In this document: positions 1 to 8,548 of the stretch, in pieces
How positions within the stretch are numbered: position 1 is the first letter of the stretch
How the letters are laid out: every line of letters starts with the position of its first letter
NCBI GenBank assembly: GCA_016926395.1
Contig: JAFGOT010000033.1
Coordinates: 1 to 28,716 of the forward strand
Direction of reading: 5' to 3'
From: Candidatus Woesearchaeota archaeon
GTDB lineage: Archaea > Nanobdellota > Nanobdellia > Woesearchaeales > SKGA01
DNA: 28,716 bases
Notes under the pieces: generated by a model
The model's input: only the letters and a program-made list of their open reading frames with translations
Told to the model about the DNA's origin: nothing
Database searches by the model: none
Position numbers and translations under genes: made by a program

Positions 1-7
1 ATTATTT

Positions 8-31
8 AAAAAAAAAAAAAAAAAAAAAAAA
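8..31. repeat. Poly-A run of about 24 nt; poly-T terminator on the minus strand or homopolymer artefact
   Basis: Uninterrupted A run just downstream of the 39..611 minus-strand gene. Confidence 0.6.
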
Positions 32-38
32 TAAAAAC

Positions 39-611
39 TTATTCAGTTTTTGCTTTTGAATACAAAAAGCCAAATGCAGATTTTTTCTCTTTAATTTCTC
101 CATCCGCAGAAAGTTCAAATTTCTTAGTTTTTTGTGTTTTAAACATTCCTAAGAATTTAACTTCTTCTTTAGCTTTTATCATTGCAGCACCAGTTTCTTC
201 ATCAACAGTTACTTCAACACCTTCCATGTTTGCAAGTCTGTTTTGATATTGTTCTGCAAATTTATTCATGTTTTGTTCAAGAACAACTTTAGCGTTTTCA
301 TTTTTGACTTGAGTCATAGCATTAGCTAAACCTGTTTGTAGTTTAGCACCAGCTTCACCTTTTAACATCAAACCATCACCACTCATATCTTGAAGTTTAG
401 TTTGGACTTGATCCATTATTTGTTCTTGAATTAAACTTCCATTACCACCAACATCTTCAGGCATTCCTTCGCCCTTAGCACTAATTAATGTTGGAACAGC
501 TTTTTCCATTTCCGGTTTATCACCAGCACCTTCTGCTATAACAAAAGAAGACAGAAGAACTGTTAAAACCAGTAAAATTAACAATTTTTTCATTTGAATA
601 CACCTCAACAT
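39..611 (-). CDS. Secreted or surface hypothetical protein, 190 aa
   Basis: Signal peptide MKKLLILLVLTVLLSSFVIA (likely true start). C-terminal FLGMFK...GEIKEKKSAFGFLY motif of the type seen in DPANN exported proteins. Confidence 0.7.
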   Translation of the reverse strand: MLRCIQMKKLLILLVLTVLLSSFVIAEGAGDKPEMEKAVPTLISAKGEGMPEDVGGNGSLIQEQIMDQVQTKLQDMSGDGLMLKGEAGAKLQTGLANAMTQVKNENAKVVLEQNMNKFAEQYQNRLANMEGVEVTVDEETGAAMIKAKEEVKFLGMFKTQKTKKFELSADGEIKEKKSAFGFLYSKAKTE

Positions 612-697
612 AACTACTGTAGTATATAGTATTGCTTATAAATATTTTGCTTAATAGTTATAAATACTATTAAGAAGTGCAAAAAAAAGCAGAAAAA

Positions 698-1468
698 TTA
701 ATCCTCCTCTCTTTTTGGAACTACATACAACTTGTCAATCATCATCCCAAAAAGCAAAGCATCTTTCGCTTTCTTAGAAATATCAAAAGGCTCCAATGAT
801 TTTAAATCAGAAAAATAGTCCTCCATAAAATTAGATGCTAAAAGACCTCCCGTTTTCTCATAAAAATATTCTTCAGGAGATTCACATCTAAGATGTTTTC
901 GCATCCTATTCTCTAAAAAAATTCCTCTTTTTAGAGATTTTAACACTCCAAAAGAAATTGGATTAGCCTCATACAACCAAATAATATCGCCTACCGTTTT
1001 AACAGCACTTTTAGATATTAAAACATTTCCTGTTTCAAATTCATAAGCTCCAAGTTTAGAAACTAAAACACCTTCTTCTTGTTTTACTTCCAAATTAAAA
1101 CCAGCATAAATCCAATTATCAATTCCTCCTTGAGGTTTGGAAAAACCATGAATTTTTTGTTTGCCACCCCAAGATTCTTGAACAGTATCACCTAAATCTT
1201 TTTCTCCAAAACAAGTTCTTTCTAACAAGTCAAGTGCTTGCTTAGAAGTCTTGGCTCTAAAAGAATAATTAGGTTTAGAGTGAAGTTTTCCAATTATGTA
1301 TTCTTGATCCCCGCTCCCACCTATTTTTCCAGCATCAGGATTAGGTTCTATTATGGATGCTTTTCTTATTCTGTGAACACCATACTGCCAATCAAGTCTT
1401 GAAAGTTTAAAAGAATAATTAGGATTACTCCTAATCATTTCCGTTATATTTCGAAAGTTTTTCCTCAA
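698..1468 (-). CDS. Hypothetical protein, about 246-256 aa
   Basis: Long ORF directly behind the thyX stop, probably co-transcribed; no family recognised. Confidence 0.65.
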   Translation of the reverse strand: MRKNFRNITEMIRSNPNYSFKLSRLDWQYGVHRIRKASIIEPNPDAGKIGGSGDQEYIIGKLHSKPNYSFRAKTSKQALDLLERTCFGEKDLGDTVQESWGGKQKIHGFSKPQGGIDNWIYAGFNLEVKQEEGVLVSKLGAYEFETGNVLISKSAVKTVGDIIWLYEANPISFGVLKSLKRGIFLENRMRKHLRCESPEEYFYEKTGGLLASNFMEDYFSDLKSLEPFDISKKAKDALLFGMMIDKLYVVPKREED

Positions 1469-1469
1469 G

Positions 1470-2654
1470 CTAAATCAACCTCTCAAGGGCCTTTTTTCCA
1501 AAATTGCAAGCAGAAGTACAATCATAAGATGGAAAAGTACATCTTGGTCCATTAGCCAAGGGTTTTAATATTTCATGAATTTCAGGAACTTTACCTTCAG
1601 TATTAGCCAAATATAAATCAAGAGTTTTTTTAGTTTGATTTTGTATTTCAAGTTGTGCATGACCACATAATCGTTCATAAGCTTTAGAAACAAAATCTTC
1701 TACAGTTCCTCGTTCATTAATCATTAACATTGTTCCTTGAGGAAATAATTCCGCTACCGAATTAATATCATCATACCATTCATCTGCTAAATCACTTTTC
1801 TTCAAAACAGGATGTTCAAGAATAGGCGGAACAAAAAATTCATCTGGACATGCAGCAACACTTGAAATTTTTATTTGATAGTTTATTGTTCGATGTCTGT
1901 GTGCTTGAGCTAAATGTGCAAAACTTCCTTCATAGTTAACAGAATAAACCACATCAAAAACAGGATGATCAGGTAATCTAGTTTTAAACATACTTAGATA
2001 TCGCGATTTCGCGTTAGGATCTAATTCTTCTACATAGAATTTTTTTAGTTGTGAATTAAATTGGTGCATAGATACTTTTAGTCTTTTGTTAAAAGGAGTG
2101 TCTGCTTTGTGATGAATAAAATCATCAAACCAATGCATCAAATAATTTAATTGTCTAAAATCAGTAGTATATCCCATAGTTGTAGGTGTAAAAACAGAAG
2201 TTAGATATCTTGCATTTTCTTGTGCTAACTTAGTAACTTTTTTAGAATCTATTTTAGGATATTTTGTTGAGATTTCTTTTTCAAATTTTGGAAGCCATTT
2301 TGCATAAAGCTCTGATTCTTTTGGAGTAGGATTCATTTTCGTATATCTTGCAGATTTTTCAGAAGTCGTGTAAACTTTTTCATTATTAAGAATCATAGCA
2401 AGAATTTTTGGAATTCCAGTTAATAACAAATTGTAACTAGGATGACCATAAACGCTTTGGTGTCCATTATTCAAAGTCAAGTTTTTTCTAAAATCAGTTT
2501 TAGAAGAATCTTCGTTTTGTATATCTTCAAAAGTTTCACCCATATAACATATTCCTGCTTCATGAGCCCCAAATGTTAATGCATCTTTTTTAGATAATAC
2601 AAAACCAGGTTTTGTTGAACCAATTATTTCTACTTTTAATTTATCATTAACCAC
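1470..2654 (-). CDS. thyX: FAD-dependent thymidylate synthase, tandem two-domain form
   Basis: GHQSVYGH and TSEKSARY in the N-terminal half, AQAHRHRTINYQ in the C-terminal half; 394 aa, about twice a single ThyX domain. Confidence 0.9.
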   Translation of the reverse strand: MVNDKLKVEIIGSTKPGFVLSKKDALTFGAHEAGICYMGETFEDIQNEDSSKTDFRKNLTLNNGHQSVYGHPSYNLLLTGIPKILAMILNNEKVYTTSEKSARYTKMNPTPKESELYAKWLPKFEKEISTKYPKIDSKKVTKLAQENARYLTSVFTPTTMGYTTDFRQLNYLMHWFDDFIHHKADTPFNKRLKVSMHQFNSQLKKFYVEELDPNAKSRYLSMFKTRLPDHPVFDVVYSVNYEGSFAHLAQAHRHRTINYQIKISSVAACPDEFFVPPILEHPVLKKSDLADEWYDDINSVAELFPQGTMLMINERGTVEDFVSKAYERLCGHAQLEIQNQTKKTLDLYLANTEGKVPEIHEILKPLANGPRCTFPSYDCTSACNFGKKALERLI

Positions 2655-2782
2655 ATATAATCCCCCAAGGATTGTTCCTTAGGGAAGGACAACAAAATCA
2701 AAGTAATAAAATAATAAGAGCTGTTTTTTTGTCAAAATAGCAAATATCAGAATTAAATTAATAAAAAGAATAATAAAATAAA

Positions 2783-3655
2783 TTAAGCATCAAAATTATA
2801 CCAAGAACTCATTGAACCATCTTCAAACCGACCATTAAATAAGTCCGGTCGTTCTCGTTTGTGATGCATAAGAGTTTCCGCATTTTGAGCATCAAGAGAT
2901 TCTTTATTCATAGCAATATAATTTTTAAGACCATCATATAACGGAGCTAAAGTTATCTGTTCAAATTTAGTAGGAAGAACTTCATCTTTACCTCCAAAAG
3001 AATTTTGTCGCACATATTTTAATGGACTTGTAACACCATATTCAGATAACGCCACAACAAACCCCCCTTCAGCTAGAGTTCCCTCATATATGTCACCTTC
3101 TGGTTTCATCCCTTCAATGATTTTCTCTATTTCAGCCATATCAACTCTATTTGGATATTGATCTATAAATGTAGAAAATATATACTCAGAAACTCTAACA
3201 GGCCCCATATAAATAAACTCTTCCCCACCAAGCCAACTTCCTTCTGGAAATTTAAATTTTTGATTTGGTTCTTTTTCAACTTCTTCTAAAGTTATTCCTG
3301 CACGCTCTGCATAAAATTCTTTTGAACACCAAACTTGCTCCCCAAAATTATCTGCATCATGATATATTTCATCTAAAGTAGCAGGTCTTGGAACAGCCCA
3401 TAATTTTGAAATTAATAACATCGGTTGATTCATGTGTAGCGCATAAGTTCCCAAATCATCATTAACAACTAATCTATTAAATTCATCAATTGATTTACCT
3501 TGAGAATTAATATTATTTGACAAACCCATGTGTGGAAGCTCAATAGGTTCTAAATGAATATTTCCAACAAAATAACCTCCACTTAATCTTAAAGTGTTAT
3601 AAACTCCCAAAGGAAAGTCTTTATCAGTTAATTTCATTGTTGGATATTTTATCAT
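2783..3655 (-). CDS. Hypothetical protein, 290 aa
   Basis: Long ORF with a TATA-like element upstream (~3677); no family recognised. Confidence 0.7.
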   Translation of the reverse strand: MIKYPTMKLTDKDFPLGVYNTLRLSGGYFVGNIHLEPIELPHMGLSNNINSQGKSIDEFNRLVVNDDLGTYALHMNQPMLLISKLWAVPRPATLDEIYHDADNFGEQVWCSKEFYAERAGITLEEVEKEPNQKFKFPEGSWLGGEEFIYMGPVRVSEYIFSTFIDQYPNRVDMAEIEKIIEGMKPEGDIYEGTLAEGGFVVALSEYGVTSPLKYVRQNSFGGKDEVLPTKFEQITLAPLYDGLKNYIAMNKESLDAQNAETLMHHKRERPDLFNGRFEDGSMSSWYNFDA

Positions 3656-3715
3656 TTTTTTGCTTAATCAGCTCTCATTTATAAGTGTTTCTATTTGTTA
3701 CTACTTGTTAGTGAT

Positions 3716-4729
3716 TTAAAATGGTAAATCGTCCTCTGGCTCATTATTAGAAGACTCAACCGTCGCAAACAAATCATTCGACTGCTCCCGTCTAACATCC
3801 CAATGTTTTATACGATTAACAGCTTCAGAAGAAATTTTTCTTAAGAAAGTTCTGCCAAAAGAATGTTCTTTTTCTGTTTTTGAAATAGTGTCATAATTTT
3901 CAGTACCATCTAAAAATCTAAAAGCATCAGAATGTAATTTTCCTTTTGAAGACTTAACAGCCAATTCCGTAATATAAGGAGACATTTGCCCAAAGTCACC
4001 ACTATGATGAAAAAAGACAAAACCTTTTTGATGAAAAATATATCTTGCCCCCCCAAATGGTAGATGGTTCCCAGGAAGAATAGATCTATGATAATTAAAT
4101 CCTCCACCATTTTCATAAGTCCACTCCGGAAAATCAAGAGAAGCTAAATCAGAACGTACACAATAACGTGGATGAATATTACCTTCTAAAACAAAAGACT
4201 GTTTTGCAAAGTCAAAATAAGTAACGCATTTACCAACAACACCATAACTTTTATCATTAAGAACATTAAGCAAAGTATCGCCCAACGTTGCCTTCAAATT
4301 AGAGTTTTTAGAAGCTAATGGATTAAATGATGTAAAGTCAGGTTTTAAATCTTGATTAGATAAAAAATCCAAATAATCTAAAATTAATCGTTCATTAAAA
4401 TCACCTTTGGAAAAAGAGTCAAATAACTGTTTAAAAAATCCTGCAGAATATTTTTTCTGAAAATCAGGTGAAGAAAAATTCAAATCAATTTTATCACTCT
4501 TAAAACCATATTTACTAGCCAAATTTACTGCAGAAAAATAATTACCTTGCTCAACTTGCATATTAAATAAATTTTTAAAATAGTTTTTTTGATAAGAATC
4601 TAAAGCAGAATTTAAATCAGTGTCAGTTCCAACAATTTTTGTTAATAAAGAAACAACATCCCCATAAGATTCATGAAGAGCAATAATTTCATTCAATGTT
4701 TCTTTAGCATTCAAAATTTGATCATCCAT
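3716..4729 (-). CDS. Hypothetical protein, about 337 aa
   Basis: Likely start ATG 4729 (MDDQ) preceded by a GGTGA Shine-Dalgarno; the ORF track starts at a TTG at 4765. Confidence 0.7.
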   Translation of the reverse strand: MDDQILNAKETLNEIIALHESYGDVVSLLTKIVGTDTDLNSALDSYQKNYFKNLFNMQVEQGNYFSAVNLASKYGFKSDKIDLNFSSPDFQKKYSAGFFKQLFDSFSKGDFNERLILDYLDFLSNQDLKPDFTSFNPLASKNSNLKATLGDTLLNVLNDKSYGVVGKCVTYFDFAKQSFVLEGNIHPRYCVRSDLASLDFPEWTYENGGGFNYHRSILPGNHLPFGGARYIFHQKGFVFFHHSGDFGQMSPYITELAVKSSKGKLHSDAFRFLDGTENYDTISKTEKEHSFGRTFLRKISSEAVNRIKHWDVRREQSNDLFATVESSNNEPEDDLPF

Positions 4730-4834
4730 ACGTAAATCACCTAAACTACTTTGAAGAGATAACAAAGTTTAAATATAAAATAAGATTAACAATTTCTAAA
4801 TCAAACAATCAAATAAAAAAATCAATTTAACAAA

Positions 4835-5761
4835 ATGACAAAAAAACTAGATAAATGGGATTTGAAGATACTTTCTCAAATAGAATTTAACTATAGAAAA
4901 TCACATCAAGAAGTAGCTTCTAAAATAAAAAGATCAAAGGCTTTTGTCACATACAGAATTAAAAAAATGGAAGAAGATAGAATAATTTCTTATCAACCAT
5001 TAATTGACTATTCTTCCCTTGGATACACATATTATCGAGTAATTATTGAAACCCTTCTTGACAAAAAAGAACTAACCAAATATTTAAAAAAATCAACACA
5101 TACAGTTTGGCTCGTTGAAAAATACGACCGCGAGAATTTTGTTCTTGTATTAGCCGCAAAATCATTTGGTGAATTCCAAAATATATGGGAAGAACTTTAC
5201 GAAATAATTTCTCCATTCATTCTTACAAAAGATATTTCTCTAGCATACAAAGTGTATCACTTGCCTTGCTCTTTTTTAACAAACCACAAAAGAGATATTG
5301 AATACATAACAGGAAGCAGAGAAAAACAAGAAACAAACGAAATCGAAGAAAAAGTTTTAGAATTACTAACAGACAAACCAAAAATTTCCTGGCAAACGTT
5401 AGCAAAAGAAGCCAACATTGCATACAACACATTCAAAAAAATTGTAAAAACATTAAAAGAGAAAAATATACTGCTTGCATTTCAAACAATAATTAACAAA
5501 GAAGAATTAAATATTAAGCATTACAAATTATTTTTATCATTTGATTTCTCAAAGAAAAATAAAAATCAAGTTATTGAACTTCTTAAAACAAATAAAAATG
5601 TCGTATACATCACAGAAACAAGTTATAATTATGACTTAGAATGCGAATTATATACTGATTCTCAAGAAGATTTTGAAAAAGTATTAAGCAACATTAAGAC
5701 CAACTATCCTTTTCGTCGAATTGTAGTTTCTCAAATGAAGACGGAGGTAAAACTTGCCTAG
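4835..5761 (+). CDS. Tandem-duplicated Lrp/AsnC family transcriptional regulator (two wHTH+RAM units)
   Basis: LDKWDLKILSQI...S.AFVTYRIKKMEEDRII and a second unit EEKVLELL...ISWQTLAKE...LKEKNIL; YDLECELY RAM motif. Confidence 0.85.
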   Translation: MTKKLDKWDLKILSQIEFNYRKSHQEVASKIKRSKAFVTYRIKKMEEDRIISYQPLIDYSSLGYTYYRVIIETLLDKKELTKYLKKSTHTVWLVEKYDRENFVLVLAAKSFGEFQNIWEELYEIISPFILTKDISLAYKVYHLPCSFLTNHKRDIEYITGSREKQETNEIEEKVLELLTDKPKISWQTLAKEANIAYNTFKKIVKTLKEKNILLAFQTIINKEELNIKHYKLFLSFDFSKKNKNQVIELLKTNKNVVYITETSYNYDLECELYTDSQEDFEKVLSNIKTNYPFRRIVVSQMKTEVKLA

Positions 5762-6968
5762 AATGATACATTGCATTTCTTCGTTTAAACTCATTTAAAG
5801 ATGCTTCTGACATTCCAGCAAATTCTGAAGTTTTGTAAAGATAATTCACATAAAAAGGAGGAGTCATATCCTTTAATGCAATATAAGGAACTAAGCCTGA
5901 TTCAAAAGAGTTGTTAAATTCAAATTTTTCTGATTCTTCTTTTGCATATTTAATCCACTTATTGTGTTCAAAATGTTTTAATCTAACAACAACATCACTA
6001 TCAACATACTTCACATCATCCCTACTAGGCAAAAATAAATTGTTTGCAAAATTAAAAACTAAAAATTCAAACATTCTCTCATAAGGAATACAACCAGAAA
6101 AACCAATCGTTATTTTTGCAGGGTCAGCATCTCCAATACCAGCAGGAAAATAATAATGTTCACCATTAAATTCCACATGTTCATTCATCTGCTCCATATG
6201 CACCGTTTTACCAAATGACATGTAAGAAGCAAATAATTTTCCACCTAATATTTTATCAAGTCCAATTCCATTAACGAAATTTGGAAAGAAGTCTTCAACA
6301 TGTTTAGCATAAATATTTTCATCAGTAACATTATGTGCTTGCATAATAACAATATCTCCTTCATCATGAGTTTGTTTGAAAAATCCCGTTATCCCATCAT
6401 CATGAGTATAAGATAAACCACTAAAATTCATTGGAACATTATCTAAAGCAAGAGTAAGTTTTTTTGGTTTAACTGGCAAATACATTTCCTGAAAAGGATC
6501 ATCATGAAAATTAGAAAATTCAGCCATCATTCTAAAATCTAAAGATTCTATTCTTCTTGGTATTGGTTTAAAGGGTCTTATAAAATCCCTAAATAAATAA
6601 TTAGCTTGATCAAGTGCTTGTTTATTCATATCAATACCATAGATAGTTACAATTTGTTCTTGTTTTTCTTTAGGAATAGAAGTTAATAATTTATGTAATC
6701 GTTTACCATCAAAAGCTCCCCAATCAAATAAAACAGTAGGACCATCAATAGAATCATTTAACATCCTAATAACAACTTTATCCACCGAATCTTGATTTCT
6801 ATGATTTGCAGTATATTCAAATCCAGGATAACTAAAAAGAGTTGCAGTTAGCTGCTTACTTATATCAAAATGAGGTGCACGCCTATTTCCTCGTTCGGTT
6901 TCACGAACCCACTCTAAATAAGGACCTCTTAATAAGTCAAAGAATTCTTCTAGATGTTCTTGATTCAT
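5694..6968 (-). CDS. Class I SAM-dependent methyltransferase, EgtD/EasF (Methyltransf_33)-like
   Basis: LFDWGAFDGKR motif I, IYGIDMNKQAL motif II, LALDNVPMNF and EGDIVIMQ segments resembling the EgtD family layout. Confidence 0.6.
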   Translation of the reverse strand: MNQEHLEEFFDLLRGPYLEWVRETERGNRRAPHFDISKQLTATLFSYPGFEYTANHRNQDSVDKVVIRMLNDSIDGPTVLFDWGAFDGKRLHKLLTSIPKEKQEQIVTIYGIDMNKQALDQANYLFRDFIRPFKPIPRRIESLDFRMMAEFSNFHDDPFQEMYLPVKPKKLTLALDNVPMNFSGLSYTHDDGITGFFKQTHDEGDIVIMQAHNVTDENIYAKHVEDFFPNFVNGIGLDKILGGKLFASYMSFGKTVHMEQMNEHVEFNGEHYYFPAGIGDADPAKITIGFSGCIPYERMFEFLVFNFANNLFLPSRDDVKYVDSDVVVRLKHFEHNKWIKYAKEESEKFEFNNSFESGLVPYIALKDMTPPFYVNYLYKTSEFAGMSEASLNEFKRRNAMYHSRQVLPPSSFEKLQFDEKDSWS

Positions 6969-6994
6969 AAGTAAAAGTCATAAAAACAAAATCA

Positions 6995-7002
6995 TTTATA
7001 AA
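6995..7002 (-). promoter_or_regulatory. TATA box for the methyltransferase gene
   Basis: TTTATAAA about 27 nt upstream of ATG 6968. Confidence 0.55.
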
Positions 7003-7072
7003 TATTACTTACTTTATAGTGACAAATTAAATTAGTGCAGGAATATTTTATTTATAAACAAAACCATCAACC

Positions 7073-7080
7073 TTTATAAA
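7073..7080 (+). promoter_or_regulatory. TATA box for the rps19e operon
   Basis: TTTATAAA preceded by an A-rich BRE-like sequence; implies a 5' UTR of about 100 nt. Confidence 0.55.
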
Positions 7081-7107
7081 TAGAAACAAGTTCTTTACTT
7101 ATGTTTT

Positions 7108-7200
7108 ACATGATACGAACTTGATTCGACATGTGATAAATCGTTGAAACTAGCGGAATAGACCGTTAGAGCCCAAAACCCTGTTTTTGGCTGACGAGGA
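7108..7200 (+). promoter_or_regulatory. Candidate structured 5' leader (hairpin plus three-way junction overlapping the SD)
   Basis: Stems 7108-7112/7130-7134, 7141-7145/7193-7197, 7150-7156/7163-7169 and 7170-7179/7183-7192; SD GAGGA at 7196-7200. Confidence 0.45.
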
Positions 7201-7208
7201 ATAAAAAA

Positions 7209-7757
7209 ATGTTATACACAGTAGATCAACAAAAATTAGTGTTAGCAGTAGCAGAAGAGTTAAAAAACCATATCGAAATGCCAGAATGGGCTTTATTCGT
7301 TAAAACTGGTTCTCACAGAGAAACTCTTCCAAGAAATGCTGACTGGTGGTACATCAGAGCAGCTTCTGTATTACGTTACTGTAATATGAAAGGTCCTGTT
7401 GGTGTAAGTAAACTGCGAACCAAATATGGTGGACGAAAAAATCGAGGAATGGCTCCAGATAAATTCGCTCTAGCATCTGGTAAAGTTATTAGAGTAATTC
7501 TCCAACAACTTGAAGCAGCTAAACTTCTAAAACAAGACGTAGTAGGCACTCACAAAGGACGAGTCGCAACTCCAACTGGAGCCGCAATTCTTGTTAAAGC
7601 AGCAAAATCTTTAGGAAACGAAAAATCTGCAAAAGTAGCAACAAAAGCAACAACAAAAAAAGCAGAAAAAGTTGAAAATAAAACAGAAGAATCTGTTGAA
7701 GTCAAAGAAGAAACTAAAGTTGAACAAGCAGCTAAAGAACCTAAAAAAGGTGAATAA
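7209..7757 (+). CDS. rps19e: 30S ribosomal protein S19e with charged C-terminal tail
   Basis: PEWALFVKTGSHRE, WWYIRAASVLR, GPVGVSKLRTKYGGRKNRG, ILQQLEAAKL. Confidence 0.97.
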   Translation: MLYTVDQQKLVLAVAEELKNHIEMPEWALFVKTGSHRETLPRNADWWYIRAASVLRYCNMKGPVGVSKLRTKYGGRKNRGMAPDKFALASGKVIRVILQQLEAAKLLKQDVVGTHKGRVATPTGAAILVKAAKSLGNEKSAKVATKATTKKAEKVENKTEESVEVKEETKVEQAAKEPKKGE

Positions 7758-7759
7758 AA

Positions 7760-7933
7760 ATGGCAAGAAATATCTGTTCAGCAAAAAAATCTCGACTTGC
7801 AAAACTTGGTCGGCAAACTAGATGGGCTCCATTCTGGACAATTCCAAAAATCTATGGTGCTAACAAGAAAATTCATCCTGGACGTCACACAGTTGTGAAA
7901 CGAACATGGAAACGAGGAAGTACTAAAGTATAG
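7760..7933 (+). CDS. rpl39e: 50S ribosomal protein L39e, 57 aa (missed by the ORF track)
   Basis: Hand translation MARNICSAKKSRLAKLGRQTRWAPFWTIPKIYGANKKIHPGRHTVVKRTWKRGSTKV; canonical position between S19e and L31e. Confidence 0.92.
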   Translation: MARNICSAKKSRLAKLGRQTRWAPFWTIPKIYGANKKIHPGRHTVVKRTWKRGSTKV

Positions 7934-7942
7934 GTGAAAGAA

Positions 7943-8461
7943 ATGGCAAAAGAAACTATAAAACGATCCTACACAGTTCCTCTTAGAACTAAGTTTGCAA
8001 ACACTCCACGTTACAAACGGACTAACAAAGCTGTTCGTGTACTAAAAGAATTTTTAGTTAAACACATGAAAAGTGATAATGTAAAAATCGGTCCTAAACT
8101 AAACGAAACTCTATGGCAAGACGGCATAAAAAACCCTCCTGGTAAAGTCAAAATTGTAGCTACAAAAGATGACACTGGAATGGTTAGAGCTGAACTTGAA
8201 GGAGTTGAGTATGTTGACTTTAAAGTTCAAGAGAAAAAAGCAGATCCTACAACCCTAAAGGAAAAAATTGAAGCTAAACTTGACGGCGATAACAAAAAGA
8301 AACCTGTTAAGAAAGCAGACAAACAAGAATCTGAAAAACAGCCTGCTGTTAAAGAAACTGAAAAACCTGAAGAAAAAGTAGAAAAAGCTGAAACTAAAGC
8401 TCCTAAAAAAGAAGCAAAAGAAGAAGCACCTGCTAAATCTGAAGAACCTAAAGCTGAGTAA
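7943..8461 (+). CDS. rpl31e: 50S ribosomal protein L31e with long K/E/A/P-rich tail
   Basis: YTVPLR...PRYKRTNKAVRVLKEFLVKHMK...LNETLWQDGIKNPPGKVKI; AGGTGA SD before ATG 7943. Confidence 0.96.
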   Translation: MAKETIKRSYTVPLRTKFANTPRYKRTNKAVRVLKEFLVKHMKSDNVKIGPKLNETLWQDGIKNPPGKVKIVATKDDTGMVRAELEGVEYVDFKVQEKKADPTTLKEKIEAKLDGDNKKKPVKKADKQESEKQPAVKETEKPEEKVEKAETKAPKKEAKEEAPAKSEEPKAE

Positions 8462-8548
8462 AATCAGCTATTTTTTATTTTTTTATATATTTCTCAACCG
8501 ATTCTAAATAAATAAGATTTATAAACAACATCCACAGATATAGTTAGT

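Noticed and set aside
7141-7200. Type II hammerhead ribozyme (GAAAC ... CUGACGAG with two hairpins)
   Set aside because: There is no U16.1-H17 cleavage dinucleotide after stem III (it reads AG or AGC) and stem II would have only two G-U pairs; kept only as a structured leader
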